64,000 nucleotides of DNA from an uncultured Thermococci archaeon. Its GTDB lineage: Archaea > Methanobacteriota_B > Thermococci > Methanofastidiosales > Methanofastidiosaceae. Within the stretch, counting starts at the first letter, position 1, and the number at the start of each line of letters is the position of its first letter. The stretch spans positions 64,934-128,933 of the forward strand of contig CAZCMP010000002.1 of the NCBI GenBank assembly GCA_964500005.1, given 5' to 3'. The translations under genes were made by a program, and so were the position numbers. Shown here piece after piece: positions 62,067-64,000 of the stretch. Under the pieces are notes generated by a model. The model was not told the DNA's origin. It made no database searches and worked only from the letters and a program-made list of their open reading frames with translations.

Positions 62067-62489
62067 ATGATTTCCGAGATTTTGATAGCCGCAGTCGTTT
62101 TAATAGCTATTCTATTTGTAATCTATTTCTTTTACGCTCCAAAGAAAGAAGGTATCCCAAAAGAACCAGTTAGAAATTCAATCCCAAGAGAAGATGTTTC
62201 TTCATCACCTTATTATACTGAAGGGGAAGTAATAGTGGATGATGAGCTATATGGGATGAAACTTATATGGGATGCTTATCAGGAAAGAGTTGAAAATTTT
62301 ATAAAATTTCTTCAAAATTCAAAAAAAGTCCGGGATCCAAAAGTGATTAGTACTTTCCAAGAAATAGAGGGCGATTATGTCAAAATGAAGATAAGACTTA
62401 AACCATTTTTGAGGGACCATATGATAAAAAGTATGGATGAAAGAATTCTTTATGCAAAAGGATTGATGAACAAAAAATTTCAATATTAG
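62067..62489 (+). CDS. Hypothetical membrane-anchored protein
   Basis: N-terminal hydrophobic helix followed by a soluble helical domain. Confidence 0.65.
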   Translation: MISEILIAAVVLIAILFVIYFFYAPKKEGIPKEPVRNSIPREDVSSSPYYTEGEVIVDDELYGMKLIWDAYQERVENFIKFLQNSKKVRDPKVISTFQEIEGDYVKMKIRLKPFLRDHMIKSMDERILYAKGLMNKKFQY

Positions 62490-62538
62490 TGAAAATTATC
62501 TCAACAATAAACTTTAATATTAATCTATTCTATAATTT

Positions 62539-63444
62539 TTGATGTTTGGAATTCCTCTAATAATAATTATTTCTTCAATAATACTAGGGATCTATTTTCC
62601 CTCTTATGGAAAAGAAATGTCCCCAATTATTCCACTACTACAAAGCATCCTAATATTATTGTCCACACTCAAAGTAGATTTCAGGGTTTATAAGAAATAT
62701 ATTAAAATTTTAAAGCCTTTATTGTTAGGATTTTTCACATGCTACTTATTTATACCCGTGCTGTTTTTTATAGTTGGATTATTTTTATTCAGAATGAATT
62801 TAATAAATATTTCTTTATTTATTGGGATAATTATAACTGGAGTAGTGCCTCTGGCCGCAGGATCCACTCTAGTCTGGTCCAAGGAATTGGGAGGAAAAGT
62901 TGAAATTACATTACTCCTTATAGTTACAACAATATTGGCTTCTCCTTTAATAACTCCGTCCTACATCTACCTATTCTTAAAAGATCAAATAAATGTCAAT
63001 GCTCAAAGGATGTTTTTGGAGATGGCGTTGATAATATTTATCCCTGTTTTAATATCCATTATTATTAAAAAAAAGATAAGAAAAAGTTTGCATTCAAATT
63101 TTTCTTTTTTTGTTATGGGGGTTATTATCTACATTGCGATATCTAAAAGTGTAGAGAGGTTCGACTTGGTAAAAGGCTATTTATTTATTTCAATATTCTT
63201 ATCTCTAATTTTTATTATTATTACTCTGTTATTTTTATCAATTTTCTCCAATACTTTAAAATTAAAAAGAGAAGAAAAGGAATCAATCTTTATACCTTCT
63301 TTTTTCAAGAATATCAGTCTTGCAATAATTGTTGTTTCATTCTTCGAACCTGAAGTTGTATTCTTCCCAGTAGTCTATTATATTGTTGAGCAACTTGTTT
63401 CTCCACTCTACTATGAGACAAAAAAACAAAAGATAAAGGAATAA
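62539..63444 (+). CDS. Bile acid:sodium symporter (BASS/Acr3-like) family protein
   Basis: About 10 TM segments; P.A.GST.VWS...GG, SPLITP, KNISLA. Confidence 0.8.
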   Translation: MMFGIPLIIIISSIILGIYFPSYGKEMSPIIPLLQSILILLSTLKVDFRVYKKYIKILKPLLLGFFTCYLFIPVLFFIVGLFLFRMNLINISLFIGIIITGVVPLAAGSTLVWSKELGGKVEITLLLIVTTILASPLITPSYIYLFLKDQINVNAQRMFLEMALIIFIPVLISIIIKKKIRKSLHSNFSFFVMGVIIYIAISKSVERFDLVKGYLFISIFLSLIFIIITLLFLSIFSNTLKLKREEKESIFIPSFFKNISLAIIVVSFFEPEVVFFPVVYYIVEQLVSPLYYETKKQKIKE

Positions 63445-63482
63445 TTATTTATAATAAAAACAAATATATTAAGGAGATACGA

Positions 63483-63950
63483 ATGAGTAAAAAGAATAAA
63501 ACTTGGAAAGAGAAATTGGAGGGTAGTAAAGATTTGCCAAAAGTTGAGATAATAACAGATAAGATGTCTAAAAGATGGGGGGAGGGTACAGTTGTAATCC
63601 CCGCTCCAATAGAAGTAAATGATATCATGAAAACTGTTCCTGAAGGGAAATTAATCACAATTGATCAGATTAGAAAAAGACTTGCAGAAAAACATAATGC
63701 TTCTATAGGGTGCCCCTTGACAACAGGTATTTTTGCATGGGTGAGTGCACATGCTGCAAATGAGGCTGCTTTAGAGGGTGAAAGAAACATTACTCCTTAT
63801 TGGAGAACCCTAAAAACAGGGGGCGTAGTTAATGAAAAGTATCCTGGGGGCATTAATTATCAGAAACAACTTTTGGAAAGAGAAGGTCACAAAGTAATAC
63901 AAAAAGGAAAAAAATTCATTGTCCAAGATTATGAAAAAATGTTGATATAA
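63483..63950 (+). CDS. MGMT-family/alkyltransferase-like DNA-binding protein
   Basis: VPEGKLIT..., PYWRTLK in place of PCHR, QKQLLEREG. Confidence 0.75.
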   Translation: MSKKNKTWKEKLEGSKDLPKVEIITDKMSKRWGEGTVVIPAPIEVNDIMKTVPEGKLITIDQIRKRLAEKHNASIGCPLTTGIFAWVSAHAANEAALEGERNITPYWRTLKTGGVVNEKYPGGINYQKQLLEREGHKVIQKGKKFIVQDYEKMLI

Positions 63951-64000
63951 CTGATATAACAATAAATTCTATTTAAAATCAACTTTCAATCTTTTGCTTT

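Overview
AT-rich, densely packed core-chromosome segment of a methanogenic euryarchaeon. An mcrBDGA operon with no adjacent mtr genes, an unsplit rpoB and Thermococcales-like informational proteins suggest Ca. Methanofastidiosa (WSA2/Arc I); this is an inference, not a database result. Main blocks: the tRNA-Asp/tRNA-Lys-rpoH-B-A'-A''-L30e-nusA-S12-S7-EF2-EF1a superoperon; L13e and TFS; mcrBDGA with a structured leader; a Zn-ribbon/NifX-like/Mrp module with its own palindromic operator between mcrB and atwA (component A2); trm11 and pcna; a minD + small membrane protein + 1649-aa envelope-spanning protein locus opposite an archaeosortase-like gene; type A RNase P RNA; ether-lipid genes (GGGPS, egsA); the dtdA-ftsZ-secE-spt5-L11-L1-P0-P1 cluster; pheST; a displaced mcrC; fen1 with an rpoK missed by the ORF track; hypC-hypD-gamma-carbonic anhydrase-mutS; and a few accessory genes. 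I saw no CRISPR array, rRNA, integrase or transposase. Best leads: a possible L-cluster (NifB-co) carrier module beside the MCR genes, the MinD-linked giant surface protein, McrA Cys452->Ile, and a carbonic anhydrase coupled to hypCD. All family calls come from motif recognition by eye.
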